A stretch of DNA of 62,951 nucleotides, filler included, from Reticulomyxa filosa (GCA_000512085.1; 17 parts of 17 records of this genome joined end to end with filler, not necessarily neighbours in it); one strand, 5' to 3'. Positions 49,317-62,725 are shown, counted from the whole stretch's first letter. Notes: generated from the sequence alone by a model not told the origin. Numbers and translations: made by a program.

Positions 49317-49920
49317 ACTGACGGTGTGCAATTCCAGTAGTGTGACTGTGAAAGAACGCAATGATGCAGAGCTGTTCTATCTCAAATGGGCTGCTGCACA
49401 ATGGTCCAAAGCTAAGGCAGAAACCGAGCAGCAAAACAACAACAACAACAACATCTCCTCTGACGATAGTGCTGCGCAAGAGACCACGCCGACAGAAGCC
49501 GCTAAAAAAGAAAATGGCGATGGCGATGGCGGTGATGTCGATTGTGAAGATGATGCGATTCAGCGCATGTTCCCACGTTATAAGGAATTGAAACTAAAAT
49601 GGGGGGACCAAAAAATCAAAAAAACTTTTACTCAAAATATTGATACTGTCGCTGTCACTATTCAATCAATGGACCCCAAATCAATCACTTCGCAACTCGT
49701 TGAGAAAAATCTACCCTTGAGTTTGACTGTTGGACAGTTGAAAATGCTCTGCAAACGTCTATTCCAGTTATCGCCAAAGTACCAACGGATCATGGTTCGA
49801 AATTCTGGGGACATGTTCCCAGATGACATGCCCGATGATATGCAGACATTAACGTATTATGGGGTCAAAGACAGAGCGTTTATTTTAATGCAATCCACTG
49901 ATTTCACCACTACTGATTAA
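49317..49920 (+). CDS. TBCE: Tubulin-folding cofactor E (or E-like) C-terminal exon: LRR cap plus ubiquitin-like domain
   Basis: LTVCNSSSVTVKERNDAELFYLK, FPRYKELKLKWG, KNLPLSLTVGQLKMLCKRLF, DDMQTLTYYGVKD match the TBCE C-terminus. Confidence 0.75.
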
Positions 49921-51130
49921 ACTTCTTTTTTATTCTTTTGATTTCTTTTTTTTTCGCATGTTCTTTGGATTTGCTTATTTAATTCATGGATAATGGGATG
50001 GGTTTTGTTGCAAAAGAAAAAATATATAATCGTAAAATGATCGATCACAATCCGGCAATAAAGCTTTTTCGCTTAGTTTTGATAGTCACAACAGAAGCGT
50101 GGGACGAAAGCATTTTTCTGATTAAGCAAATTTCAACGTAAACAACACAATTTAATATAAACAAAACCAAATAAACGTTCTTTATAAAACATTCAATTAA
50201 TTATTTGATAAAATCTTGACAGTAATCCAATTAAATAGTGTAAACACCTGGATTAGACGTTGTTTGTCGATCAGTCTCATCGAAACTGTTGTTTTGATTA
50301 TCTTAGTAAATCGTACTAACTCAATCAACACGCAATTTTACTGACACTGATTGGTTTTGTAATGTTTTGAAGTAACAGAGACAAACAATTGTGTCATACG
50401 ACTTGATGTTCGTTGCATGTTTCTTGTACTGGCCTATTTGCAACTGACAAATAATTTTACTTTTCATAACTAATTTTTATTTGTCATATGTAACAAATCA
50501 GTATATCTAACAAATTGGCATCCGAAAATTGGTTTTTTACGTATTTAGTCTATATAATAAATATTATAAAGATATTTTACACAATACGTGCCATGTGTAT
50601 CATAATATTAGTATTTATAAGACAACAAATGATACATTGCTTTCGTTGTTATGTATGTAGTAGTATACTACTATTAATTAAATGAAAAATATTACAGCTA
50701 ATACAACAGTTCAATCTGTAAATGTAAAAGCTGATCAAAAAACATATTATTTACGTAGCATTAAGAATTGAGCACTTTTGTGATTGGAAAGTGTGTCTCA
50801 TGGCTAAAAACTATGTCGAAAAAAAGCTATTTGCTTCATAAATATCTTTGCGTAATACAAAACGTGCTTTTTTCGGGTAGGTTTCAACAAAACAAAAACA
50901 ATTAAAATAAATAACTATTTTTGTTGTGTCATCAAATATATTTATTTTATTCCAAATAAACAACGTCATTTATGTAGTGGTGGCTGAATGAGAATCTTAG
51001 TAACATTGATTTTAAAAAACTGCTAAAACAGCTAACTGGTTAACGACTGAACTTACTGACGTTAAATGCTACCTAGTTTTTAGTATTATCTTATTTGTAT
51101 TTATTGATTAAAATCAAGATAATTTTCATT

Positions 51131-52146
51131 ATGTACAACCGACTTAAGATAAATGTTCGGCGAAATATACAACCTTTGCAGTTCGTCACTGTCCGTTGAC
51201 AATAACCTTTGCCGAAAAAGGAACAGCTTACACACCTGCTCGCCTTACTTTAAATTTTTTTTTGAATAGATTATTTCCATCTTGGGTATTTTCATCACAA
51301 TCATTTTATGCCTACCATTTCACCATGAAATGTATTCCTCATCAAGTTATTTTTTTCTTGTCTTTTGAATTTAATAAATCTTCTTATCGTACTGTGTCAC
51401 AGATTCGAATGGATTTCCTCGTCGATCCGTGCCCATGCAATTAATTTGCATTTCAGGTCAATACATTGTCAAATATATTTTTTTTCCTCTAATTTATTGT
51501 TGCTTTTTAAAAAGACACGCACAATGGACATGAACATTTGACCAATACATTGAAACAATTGTACGATCCCAATAAAACTAATGTCTTGATTCATGCTGGT
51601 GATATGACGAATTCTGGAAAAGCTCACGAATTGGAAAAGTTCAATCAATGGTTGTCTCACTTACCATTTGAACACAAATTGATTATTTCCGGAAACATGG
51701 ATGGAATTGGATTAGATCGAAAAAGTTTCACTGGACATCAGTTGTTCACATCTGCCCTCTACTTAGAAAACGAAAGTGTAAACATCGATGGGATCAATTT
51801 TTTTGGTACTCCATATTCTCCTAAATTTGTTGGAGGGTTTCAATTGTTGAACACTGAGCAAACAATTGACACATGGAAGAAAATACCAGCAAACACAAAC
51901 GTATTAATTGTTCATGGACCACCTTTTGGGATTTTGGATAAAACAAGCAGTGGTACTAGTGTGGGTTGTCCAGTACTATATGATATTGTCGTGAATAACA
52001 TAAAACCCAAAGTTGTTATCTTTGGTCACGTTCACTACTCTTTTGGTCAAATGATACACAAAGGAATTCGTTTTTTCAATGTTGCGCAATTTGATGGAAT
52101 TCATGGAATAAATCCATTTGTGAAACCCGTTGTTATAGAGCTATAG
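51131..52146 (+). CDS. Calcineurin-like metallophosphoesterase (MPPED1/2-like) with probable N-terminal signal anchor; 5' exon uncertain
   Basis: ICIS|DTH split by intron 51457-51514; IHAGD, GNMD, HGPP and FGHVH motifs. Confidence 0.85.
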
Positions 52147-52562
52147 TTTAAACTTTAGCTTTGTACTTCATTCCTGAAAATAAAGTATTTGTTTCAATAA
52201 GCCATTGAAAATGAGTTGATAATATTTTTGATGCTCATTGAAACAAGAATCAATAAATTTCAATGCAAGAAACGAACAAAAAAGCATAGGCCAGCTCTTT
52301 CATCAAAAAATTGCTTTTGATAATTCAAAGAGGACAGTCAATATGTTTGACCATTTGAGATTAGATCATGCATAGACGCTACTAAATGTAGACTGATCTG
52401 GATTGTCTTTTTAAAATTTGAAAATTATCAATGCAATTACTAAAGAAAAATTTCAATGTATTATGTCAAACTGTCCAACACTCTCAATAACAAAAAGTAC
52501 AAGACAACGCTTCATTATCTTGAATTAGCTGTGTTCGGCTAAACAAAAGTGATTTCAAAAGA

Positions 52563-55500
52563 TTAAAATTCAGCGAACATGTCAAATTCTTCTTGGGCTG
52601 GCAGTCTGTTGACAGTACATTACATATGTAAAAAAAAATGAAATTAAAACATCAAAACTTACTTAGTTACTTCCACGTTCTCGCTGCTTAAGCGTTTTGG
52701 ATTCAACTTTTGACGTTTTGAATATGCTTTTCCGTCACTCAAGTCATTGCTTGCTTGTGTTTCTTTTAAACTCCTTTTTTTGGCTTTCTGTTCAACAAAA
52801 ATATTCAAAATGAAGGAAATATGAACATTTATATGCTTGTAACTTTAGAGCTGCTACTTTTTTTTTTGGAGTTTTTTGTAGTATTGGCTTGAGTCGCGAA
52901 ATGGAAAAAGTCATCTATGGTTTCTAATCTTGAACTTTCAACTATTAAGCACAAATTTTATCTTTAGCTAACATCCACAATTAAATATCTGTTGTCACAC
53001 CTGATGGCGATACTTCCTCGCTATTTTTGATCTTTTGCCGGTCTATCGTTTATTGAAGATAATAAAGCTATTTTAATAATATGCAACAAACAGAAAAATT
53101 CTACTACCTTGGATGCCGTCAAGGTTTTGGTGGACGACATTTCCTCCTTGTCTTTTTTAATATCATTTTGACTGAATTTCAAGGCCTATTCAACACAAAT
53201 ACATTCGATTGTAAAAAATAAAATAATTGATATAGATACCGAAGTGGTTTTGTTTGCAGTTTGAGTCTGTGTTGTATTGAGAGCAGGAGTTCGATCGGGT
53301 AAATTTATGGTGTATGACATTTTTTGACTCCTTTTATCCTGGCTCTGCTTGTGTTGTCGCGGTGATGCCAAACTCCTTTGACGCTTTGAGCTCTTCTCCT
53401 TGGTAGGAACGTATTCACTGTCACTGTCTTCTTGTCTCTTTGCTTTTGTTTTTTTTTTGGAAACTGGTGTCACTGGATTTGTTCCACTTTTTATATATGG
53501 CATTTTTTCATATTCTTCTTTCAATTGTTCTACTTTGTGTTCCAGGACTTTCTCTTTCAACTCCAGTTTTTCTGCTTTGGAGGCTCGCTCTTTCTCCATT
53601 TCCTCTGTTGTGGGCATAGATTGCAAAGTAGACATTACTTATTTCAAAAAGTGAAATCATACCAATATCTCTGTCAATAACAGACTGTATCTCTGCTATA
53701 AATTCTGGACCGCAGCTGGTATCTGGTTTTTCTACTCCCAACTTATTTTTCTTTGCTTCTTTTATTTTGTGACTATTGGAGTGTTAGTCGAACTTGTAGT
53801 GTGAATTATTTCAAGGTATACGTAAAAAAAAATACTCTGCCTCCATTTGCCTCTTCTCCAACACTTTTTGTTTTTGTCCTTCATTTCGCATCAATTCACT
53901 GTTTTTGGCGTTGATTTCCATTCCCAATTGATAGTTGAGTTCATTTTGCTATCCCAAAATACAAAATGTTTTGGTATATTTTTGCAGGTTTACAACTCAA
54001 TGTATTTCTTACCTGTTGATGAATTTGTTGGGATTGGGAGATTTGCATTTTGGCCTGGAATGTCTTTTTCTCGGTTTCTTCCACTTGGTTTAGAATTTTG
54101 TCAATATCATCACCGATGACGACCGCGTCACTTTCCAAAGTTTTTAGGTTGGTTATTGTGTCTTCATGCTTTTTTTTTATTTCTTGTTTTTGTTCTTTTA
54201 AATTTTCCAATCGCCTTTGATTTTCTTGGCTATACATTGTGATATCATGAAGGTACATTATATGTTGAAAAGGTTAATTTAAAACAGTAAGTTGTGTTCG
54301 AAACTGTTTCTCTCCCCATTTCGCCAAGCAACTGGTCATTTCGGCTGTGAGATCTGTTTCAAATTCTTCCATTTCCAAATCGATCGTTTGCTCTCTATGC
54401 ACAACAAGTCGATCATTTCCTTTACAGTCAACAAGAAATAGAACAAAAAAAACCGTGCACTCAACAAATTTGCGCATTCGCTTTGTTGTTTGTCCACTTC
54501 ATTCAGAATTTTATACAATTTTTCAATTAGTTTTTGTGTCTTTTGCAGCGCCTCTTCTTTTTCTGATCATTCACAGAACACAGCTATAACTCTTTGTTAC
54601 ATTCTCGATTTAACCTCATACCTTGGCAAAGTGCTGCCGTTTGATTGCTTTCATTTGCTTCGGAATGTGCTATGGCATTAGTTTGCCACAGTTCGTTTGT
54701 CAACTGTTGAATCGCGTTCTCTTTGTTGTTCATTTCTCGTCTCACATTTTCAATTTTTCCATCTAATTCTCTATAATTAAAAAATATCTTTTGCAATATC
54801 AAGAGAAAAGAAAGACGGCCAAACAAACGTATAAATTACAGTGTTTTCGTCCGGACATCGTCTGTTTGCATCTGCAATTTTTCTGCGATACCAGTAGTTT
54901 GATTCATTTGTGACACAAGTTGAGAGACATAAGCATTTTTTTCGGCACATTGTTTTTGCATAACCTCGACTTCTTCTTCTTTTGTCTTGATTCGCGCCAG
55001 CATTTCTTCGCAGATATGTTCCTGTGAGTATTTGGTCCAGAGTGTCAACCAAAGACACTAACATAGCACAAGCTCCAAAGACTGTTTTCGCCCTTAACCA
55101 TCTCTATCTCTTTGCCACGCAAAACGATCATAGAATCTGTAACAAAGGCAGTCAATCCAAACCTTGCTAGGAGATAGATAAGAGTCAATATGAATACAAA
55201 ACTGTTGAGTTGTGTTTGCAATTGTTGCAATTCGTCATTTGTCTGATTGTAGTCATCTCGTAAACCCTCATATGCTTCAATTTTTTGCTTTTTCACTTGT
55301 ACCAGTTCACCAAAGCCTTTGGTAAGTCTTTCGTCTTCTGTTCGTACTTTTTGATTTGCCTCCATTTCTTCCTTGAGAATCTGCTTTAATCTTTCAATTT
55401 CGCCTGTCTCTTTTTTGATTTGTGCTTCGTCGTTCGCTGACTCTTCTTGGCACACCGCAATTCCTCTTCAACTTTTGCGCAAACACAAAACAAAATCTTG

Positions 55501-56811
55501 AACCAAAAGGAAAAAAAAAAAGATAAAAAAAAAGGCTAAAACATTTGGTCTTTGAATCAGTTTCTTCAGCAGTTTTCTTATCAATTTCGTTCAGCGCGTT
55601 CGTCCACTGGGTGCTGCAAGTAGTACACAGCTCATCTTTTCCATGAGTAAAAAAGGGAGCATTTTCGTCGCTTAACTCAAGGGTTTTATCTTCCGTCATT
55701 TTGTGCAAGCTAGCAAATGAGTCCTGCGACACACATTTTTGTACAAATCATAAAACACATCGAAGTAGACAAGCCAAAAGAGAAACAAAAAAAAAAAGCA
55801 AAAACAAACCTGAAATTTGTCAAACAACTGACGGCCATAACTTTGGTCAGCAGCACTGTGTGAATTTTGCAACCAATCAAAAACAATACATACTTTCGTT
55901 TTACACTTAGTACCACCAATCAACACATGTTCACACATAACTCAATGCTCGTTTTTTCATCAATAAGCTGCACAATTGTGCTCAATTCACTCAATCTCTC
56001 GCCTTTGTGCCGATTTTGTGCTGTCAATTAACCAAGCAAACTATTTGCAAATGGTCACAAAGACAAGAGCAGCAGTTTAACACGCACGTCAAACAGCATT
56101 ACCTTGGGATCGACTTAAGGCAGTGGCGACACCTTGATCAGGCCATGCAATTCAGAATTTTCGACTATCTTTACTTGCTTGATTTCTTCCGAACGCTTCA
56201 AATATTGCTGTATTTTTCTACGAAGGTGCCATCAACCCATTCACAAGTATTAGACGAGAGCTTTGTGACCCAATCAAGAATAGCAACAACAAAGGAAGAA
56301 ATAATTGTAATACAAAAAAACAAAAACTGTCTTTGGTGTTCATAAGCAGCAATGGCATCGTGAATGCTTGCAAACCAATCATCAGTTGACTCCTCTTGTC
56401 CCACCAAGTTTTCGTTGTTATCTCCATTGCAACCATTTTTGTTCAAGGCATTCATTGATTTTCTCAATGGCTTCAACACGCTTATTGGTGCGCTATCTCT
56501 CGGGTGTTTTTTCCAAGTCTTGGAGGTCCTTGGATCCGTTACCCTACGAGTTTTCTTCAATTGGCTCTGCAACGTATTTCAACAACAAAATAACACAATT
56601 TACATTTCAAATGTGAACCGACATGTATCTCACAAACCTGATCAATTGCATTAAAACTCCCCACAAAGCTGAAGGAGTCCGATTTTCCATGCTTGCCACT
56701 GTGCCTCATCGTTCCAATTGTGAAAGGTGACACTTTTGACTTCTCGTCAGACATTGAGTCTGCCAATTTAAGTGGCTCATTGTCGTCGAAATCAAAATTA
56801 GCAATATCCAT
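52563..56811 (-). CDS. Large multi-exon coiled-coil protein with basic S/T-P-rich disordered tail
   Basis: Many short E/K/Q-rich heptad exons on the minus strand from MDIANFDF (56811) to EEFDMFAEF* (52563). Confidence 0.7.
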
Positions 56812-57261
56812 GTTTCTCTTTGCTTTTTTTTCAACACAACAAAAGTAACGTTAGAACGGAACTCTAGCACTTCGAAAATGTTCCCTCGTTCAAAGGAAAG
56901 TATTATATCAACTTATTTACCAGCAGGTTTTTATTTATCCACAATGCTAAATTTCAAAAGCAAATGCCCAATGGCTAATGTGAGACAAGACATTATACAC
57001 TTTGAAAGTGTAGACTCTTCAGAGCAACCGACTTCAACTTGTAGTATTTCTCTTATGAAAAGTTGAGACAAATTGCATCAAAAATACTATTGAAAAAGCG
57101 TTTGCCAAGTGTACAATTTCACTGAAATTAAACAATTCATAATACATATTCATATAAAGTCTAAGTTGTTTTGGATTAAAAGACATGTCAGCCAATTTAC
57201 TGATTACTCCATGTATTACACCTTTGCTCGAGGAGAGAGCCTTGCCTATTTAAAAAGACAA

Positions 57262-58258
57262 TCATAAATCTTTTTTCAACAGTTGACAAGCAGCTTGCGC
57301 AACGTTAATCGAGCGTACATTTTCGTCGACGAATATCCACGTGTTATGTGTGCGATCGAAATAGAACAGCTGCTGATAATAGTTGATGGCATAGATGGCT
57401 CCATCTTCCCAAAAATCACAAGCGATCTGGACAAAGTCGTTGGTACTTTCATCCAACATTTCGAGTTTTCCCTCTTCCCATTTCATTATCAATCCACTAT
57501 CAGCCTTTATCAAGTACAGCTCATTGTCGTCTTCGCTTGCGCTTATCCATTGAAAGCTTTCCTCGAATGGCAGTTTGAGCCATTCTTGACTGTTGGGCAA
57601 AAACTTCCACACGTGCCCAACCTCATCTCTGCCAAACAATGTTTTTTTGCTTGAAGTTAGTTGAACTACTTTGCCTAAGACATTTAAAAAAAAAAAAGAC
57701 TGGAACACGTAAGTGCAAGAGGGGGGGGATATACTTTTTTAAACCAAAAAAAAAAAAAAAAAAAGGGGTCACTAGTGAACCTTCTGTTTTTGATTTGATA
57801 TGAAGAATTTGACTTTCAACAGTCACAAGCTTTTTTGGAGGGGACACCATTTTAGTCCATTTCGATGCTTGTGATGGCTCTTTTTGACATTGCTCGTCAC
57901 ACTTATATATTTGACCATTTTGGTCGACTGCGTAGACAGCTTCATTTACATTGGTTGTTATTGACACAAACAATTGGAATGTGTTTTTCCATTTGTCTCC
58001 ACAATGGGCTAAATCCAAACCGTTTCGAAAATACAGTTTGTTTTGCTGGTCAAGAATCCACATTTGGTTGCTTGTCCAGTGCATCGTTACCGGATTTAGA
58101 CTTGGCTTTGGGGTTGGGCACAAAGTGTACATTTTGAGCCGCTCTAAGTCCACACAACCAAGACTCCCGTCTGCTGTAACAACAAGGGTACCAGCTTGGC
58201 ACACATTTCCAAAGTACAAAAGACTCAACAGGGACAAATAAAATACAATTGATAGCAT
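57262..58258 (-). CDS. Secreted tectonin-like beta-propeller (lectin-like)
   Basis: Signal peptide MLSIVFYLSLL; repeats such as MWILDQQNKLYFRNGL...KW, VYAVDQNGQIY, IYAINYYQQLFY...W; 3' end uncertain. Confidence 0.65.
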
Positions 58259-58643
58259 GATGATATTTGTGGCGTTCCCAGAACCAGGAAAATTTTTTTT
58301 TTTACACTTCTTGCGTTTTAATTTTACACAATAAAAAAAATTAATGAATGGTAAATCAAAAAGTGCAAAATAATTTCGCAGTTGCTCATGAAGCAAAATA
58401 TTATTGCACTGTTTGAAGTAGTAAAAGAATAAGTTTTCCCCAAACCTTTTTTTTGCAGCGGGGTGTAATATTTCTTATTGCTCTAGTTTAATAATTGCTT
58501 TGCTTCTCGAACGTGCAAAGAAAGCAACAATCAAGTCAACTAATCCTAATTAACCCCTCCATTAATCAAACGACCCAATCAATCAAGTAAACAAATAAAC
58601 CAACTCAACCAACTCAACCAATCAGCAAACAAACCAACAAAAA

Positions 58644-59130
58644 ATGAGTCGAGGTTTGGACAACATGCAAGATTTGGACGTAGCATTAAGCAAGTCTTTG
58701 GACGACATGATACGACAAGGTGTATATTTCTTATTGAAAGACATAACACAACTGGCGCAAACAACAATGAGAAGAGCTTTTATTTTTTTCCTTCAGCGTC
58801 CACAGATTTTGATTTCAAATAAAACTGGATCAAAACACGAGAGAGGAAGGAACAAGTAGCTTATGGTCTCCTTTTGTTCCCACCTCTCCTTCTCTTTGAA
58901 ACATTGCAAACTGAATGAACTGTTTGAAAAAACACCAACGAAAGATAAAGCGAATTCGCGTGGACGAGGACGAGGTCGTGGTCGAGGGCGCGGACGAGGC
59001 CGAGGCCGAGGCCAAGGTCGAGGGCAAGGGCAAGAGCGAAGGCAGAGCGCTAGTCGTGATCAAAAAATGACTGACGCCAATAATCGTGGACGTTTTATTC
59101 AGCGAAATCGCTACAGCGCACAACAGCATA
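58644..59130 (+). CDS. ALY/REF (THOC4/Yra1)-like mRNA export adaptor N-terminus; truncated by gap
   Basis: LDVALSKSLDDMIRQ fits the UAP56-binding motif; followed by an RG/RGQ repeat region. Confidence 0.65.
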
Positions 59131-59446
59131 GGTGTGTTTATTTTTTATTACCCCTTTTTTTTTTTTTTTTTTTTAATCAAATAAGTGAATAAATAAAAAA
59201 GGGGACTTTATGAAATAATAATGTATAAAAAATGATTTGAGGGAACATTAAANNNNNNNNNNNNNNNNNNNNNNNNNNNNNNNNNNNNNNNNNNNNTTAA
59301 TTAATTAANNNNNNNNNNNNNNNNNNNNNNNNNNNNNNNNNNNNNNNNNNNNAAAAAAAAAAAAAAAAAAAAAAAAAAAAGACTTTTTTTTTTGTCTCAT
59401 TACACCCTTTTTTTTTTTTTTAAAAAAAAAAGGGGCACAACTCAAC

Positions 59447-59772
59447 GAATCGTGGATTGAACTGCAGAGTTTTATCCAAGTATATTCGCTTGCGAGCAAT
59501 TGACACATCCAAATCCCTTTCCAGTTTGCGCAGTTTGGAATAACATTCACCCTCAGCTGTATTTTCCTCCAAATACGGCGAAATCTCCAAACTCAATGTG
59601 TCTTTGTATGTCCTTTTCCGCTCACCCGTAAACGGATTTTTGGTTGTGTTTTGTGATATTATTGTTGGGATTTCTGGAAAAGGAATGACTCTTCAATTCT
59701 TCGAGAAATTTTTTGATACAAGTCACCGCGGTTTGCATTCCCGGCAAGTGACTTGAGATTGGATTTAGACAT
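59447..59772 (-). CDS. SWI/SNF subunit SMARCD/BAF60/Snf12-like first exon (absent from ORF track; shift or 38-nt intron near 59690); truncated by gap
   Basis: EGECYSKLRKLERDLDVSIARKRIYLDKTL resembles BAF60 [30 protein letters not shown]. Confidence 0.65.
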
Positions 59773-59919
59773 GACAAAAAAGAAGAGGGGAAATTCTGCT
59801 TAAAAACTCCATTTTTCTTTCGAGACACTTGAACAGTACATTTTTTGTTTGTTAGAAATAGACTTGTGTCACTTCTTCTTCAAATAGGACTATGTTATTT
59901 GTTTAGCAAACGCTACAAT

Positions 59920-61560
59920 TCAACATTGTTTCGAATTTATTACATGTTTACGTTGATAGTCATTTGTGTTAAAGATATGCCTTACAATTATATCTGTTAT
60001 TATATTTGAAAATGTGGAATTTGAATTTTTGAGAATGGCTTTTGTTGTTTCCATCAATTCATTGTGATACATTAAAGGAATGGAATGAATAATTATTCGG
60101 TTCATTTTAGCAGCATCCAAAGACCAATTCGAAATACCAACAAATGAAATTTTGGGATGGTGTAATATTTTCAAAGGGTTGTATGGTGATTGCTCTGCCA
60201 AACCAATTTCATCAAATATCAATAATGTGGTAATGATTTTGTCATTGGAATATCTTTCAATCTGATTCCATAATTCTTTGATAGCACTTGGTTTGCAATT
60301 TCTTGTACCTTGGAATAAAATACATTGAAATGAAATTGATTGTCTTTCAACTTTTGATTGAGCTGTTTGATATTGTGATGAGACAATGTATCAAGCAGAA
60401 TCTGCAAAGATAAAGTTTTGAAAGTTCCAGGCTTGCCAACCACTATCACTGATGTGGATGTGACCACACAGAAAAACAATATAAATAAATTTTTTAAAAA
60501 AGTATTATGTAATACCATGTGGGAATGGTATTTCAAATGAATTCGATAAATTCTTTATTTCAGCATCCAATAACTCTGAAAAAAGGATGATTGTTTCTTC
60601 CATGCATTAGATTATTGTAACACAACCCCAATGCAATATTTAGCGCTATTTCTGTCCATAGTAATGTTTTGTCCTTTTTCAGTATTGTTTCATATTGCTG
60701 CATTAACCGATGAAAAAAAAATTGAGACATCTGCTCACATCACACAATGAGACAATGAATTCATTGGCCAAGTGTTTACGCAAAAAAAGCATTGAGACGC
60801 GGCAATATCACTTGCAATTTTAAATTTCCATTTTTGAATTTTTTCGTAAACAACAGTGTTTTTATCAAATTTGCATTTGATTTGTTTGGCCAAACATACT
60901 CTTCCATGGTGTCACATAAAGGAACAACACGATACATCCATTTGCTTAATGGTTCGTTCTTATTCATTATGTCACTGGTATTGTACTTTTCGTGGTCGAT
61001 AAGGATTACATGCTGCAATAATCTTGATTTGATTACTGATTTTCACAACATCCAATCTACGATCACAAATGAGCTCTTTGAACCGTCCAATATCAGGAGA
61101 TGTATTTACTTCATCTAAAAATACTCATATCTCTGTTTCATTGTCTTTGGATAATCGTCCATTGCAATCCTCCATTACTTGGCGTATTTCTTGTCTTCCA
61201 AACCCTGCATGAACATCCACTGCAATCAACTGCACATTGACAACATGTCCCAAAAATTTAATTAAAGATACTTTTCCACATCCAGTTTCACCCATCAAAA
61301 TCACAGGAGTATTCGTTACATTTTCATACAAATGGCAATCATTTTCAGAATGTTGTCAAATGTTAACACATAATTCGACCATTCCTTATCATTACACAAT
61401 TTGTTTACAATTTGGTCATGAAGATTTTCTCTTGTTTCCACTTTTTTCTCTTCACACTCTTTCATTATTCTCTGACTTGGAATCCCCAAAATGTGCAACA
61501 ATAATTTCAATCGCTCTTCTTTTTCAGTTTGCTGTCTTCAATTCCATTATTTATTTGTTA
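59920..61560 (-). pseudogene. RNF213/mysterin-like AAA+ ATPase fragment with many frameshifts and deletions
   Basis: YVLTFDNILKM, PVILMGETGCGK, VDVHAG, FLDEVNT, YRVVPL, VVGKPGTFKTLSL, FDEIGLAEQSPYNPLKILH, FVGISNWSLDAAKMNR. Confidence 0.85.
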
Positions 61561-61796
61561 TTTTTTTTGTGATGTACCAATTTACTTGTTTGTATTAGTT
61601 CTATAGACTTTTTATCTCAAGGTTAAACGTGGTCAAAAAATCTTCGATTATCATCAATATCCATTTGTTGGGATCTCAAAAAATAAATCTTCTTTTNNNN
61701 NNNNNNNNNNNNNNNNNNNNNNNNNNNNNNNNNNNNNNNNTTAATTAATTAANNNNNNNNNNNNNNNNNNNNNNNNNNNNNNNNNNNNNNNNNNNN

Positions 61797-62725
61797 AGTT
61801 TTTCATGTGTATTGACATGCTTTGTTTGGCATTAAATCCTCCAATAATATGTACATACGTGTTGTCTTCACTCAATAATACAATGGACTAGGTAATGCGT
61901 TTTGAAATGTCATCCATTTGTTTTCATCGAATTGAATACTTGCCGCACTATCACTCCATCCACCAAAGGACAAGATGACATCCATTGATGCACACATACA
62001 TGCATATTTATGTAATGGTGCAATATCATCACAAAACAGCTAATTTTATGAAATTGAAAAGTGTTTTTTATCTTCATCATATTCAATTGATAATCCTGTC
62101 TTTTCACAAAACAACAACATTTGATAATGTTGTTTATTTTCTTTTTCATTTGTTTTTCCATCAATTTTTTGTCCTTGTCCATTTTCTGAAGTTGATACAA
62201 AGCAATGAAAATTGAATATCATTACTGTCATGTTTAACAAATTGAAATTTATTTAAATCAAACACAAATATAATTTGGATAAGTGATAAATAATAAATTA
62301 TTGTTTCTTCCACCAATCATTGCACGTACTCCTTCATAATAATGATATTGATCTGCGAAAGGAATCCATTCATTGAAATTCTTTAAGTCATTTGATTTGT
62401 TTGATATATTATCCCAAACACTTCCATATTTCATCGCCAATGTATGTTTAGGATATCCATCAAAAGACAAAAACATGATTTAATTGTTGTCTTTGCTGTC
62501 GTTATCTACTACTTTCACTACACAGTGCTCATTTAATTCAACATCGCTTAGATACTTACAGATAAACTTGTATTCGTTTTTGAGTGTATGATAAGAATAA
62601 CAAGTTCTTTTATTTGCACCTCCATAAAGGGGGAGTTCGTGTTTGTGTAGCACACATTGAGATTCAGAAAGTGAAGTGGGTAAATTCTTCAGTATTTGAA
62701 AAAAAGCTGTATTTTGATTACCCAT
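61797..62725 (-). pseudogene. Kelch-like family pseudogene (paralogue of 24831-25964)
   Basis: Same motifs (QCVLHKHEL..GG, CYSYHTLKNEYKFIC, VRAMIGG.NNNLLFITY, MLLFCEKTGLSIEY) broken across four or more frames. Confidence 0.85.
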
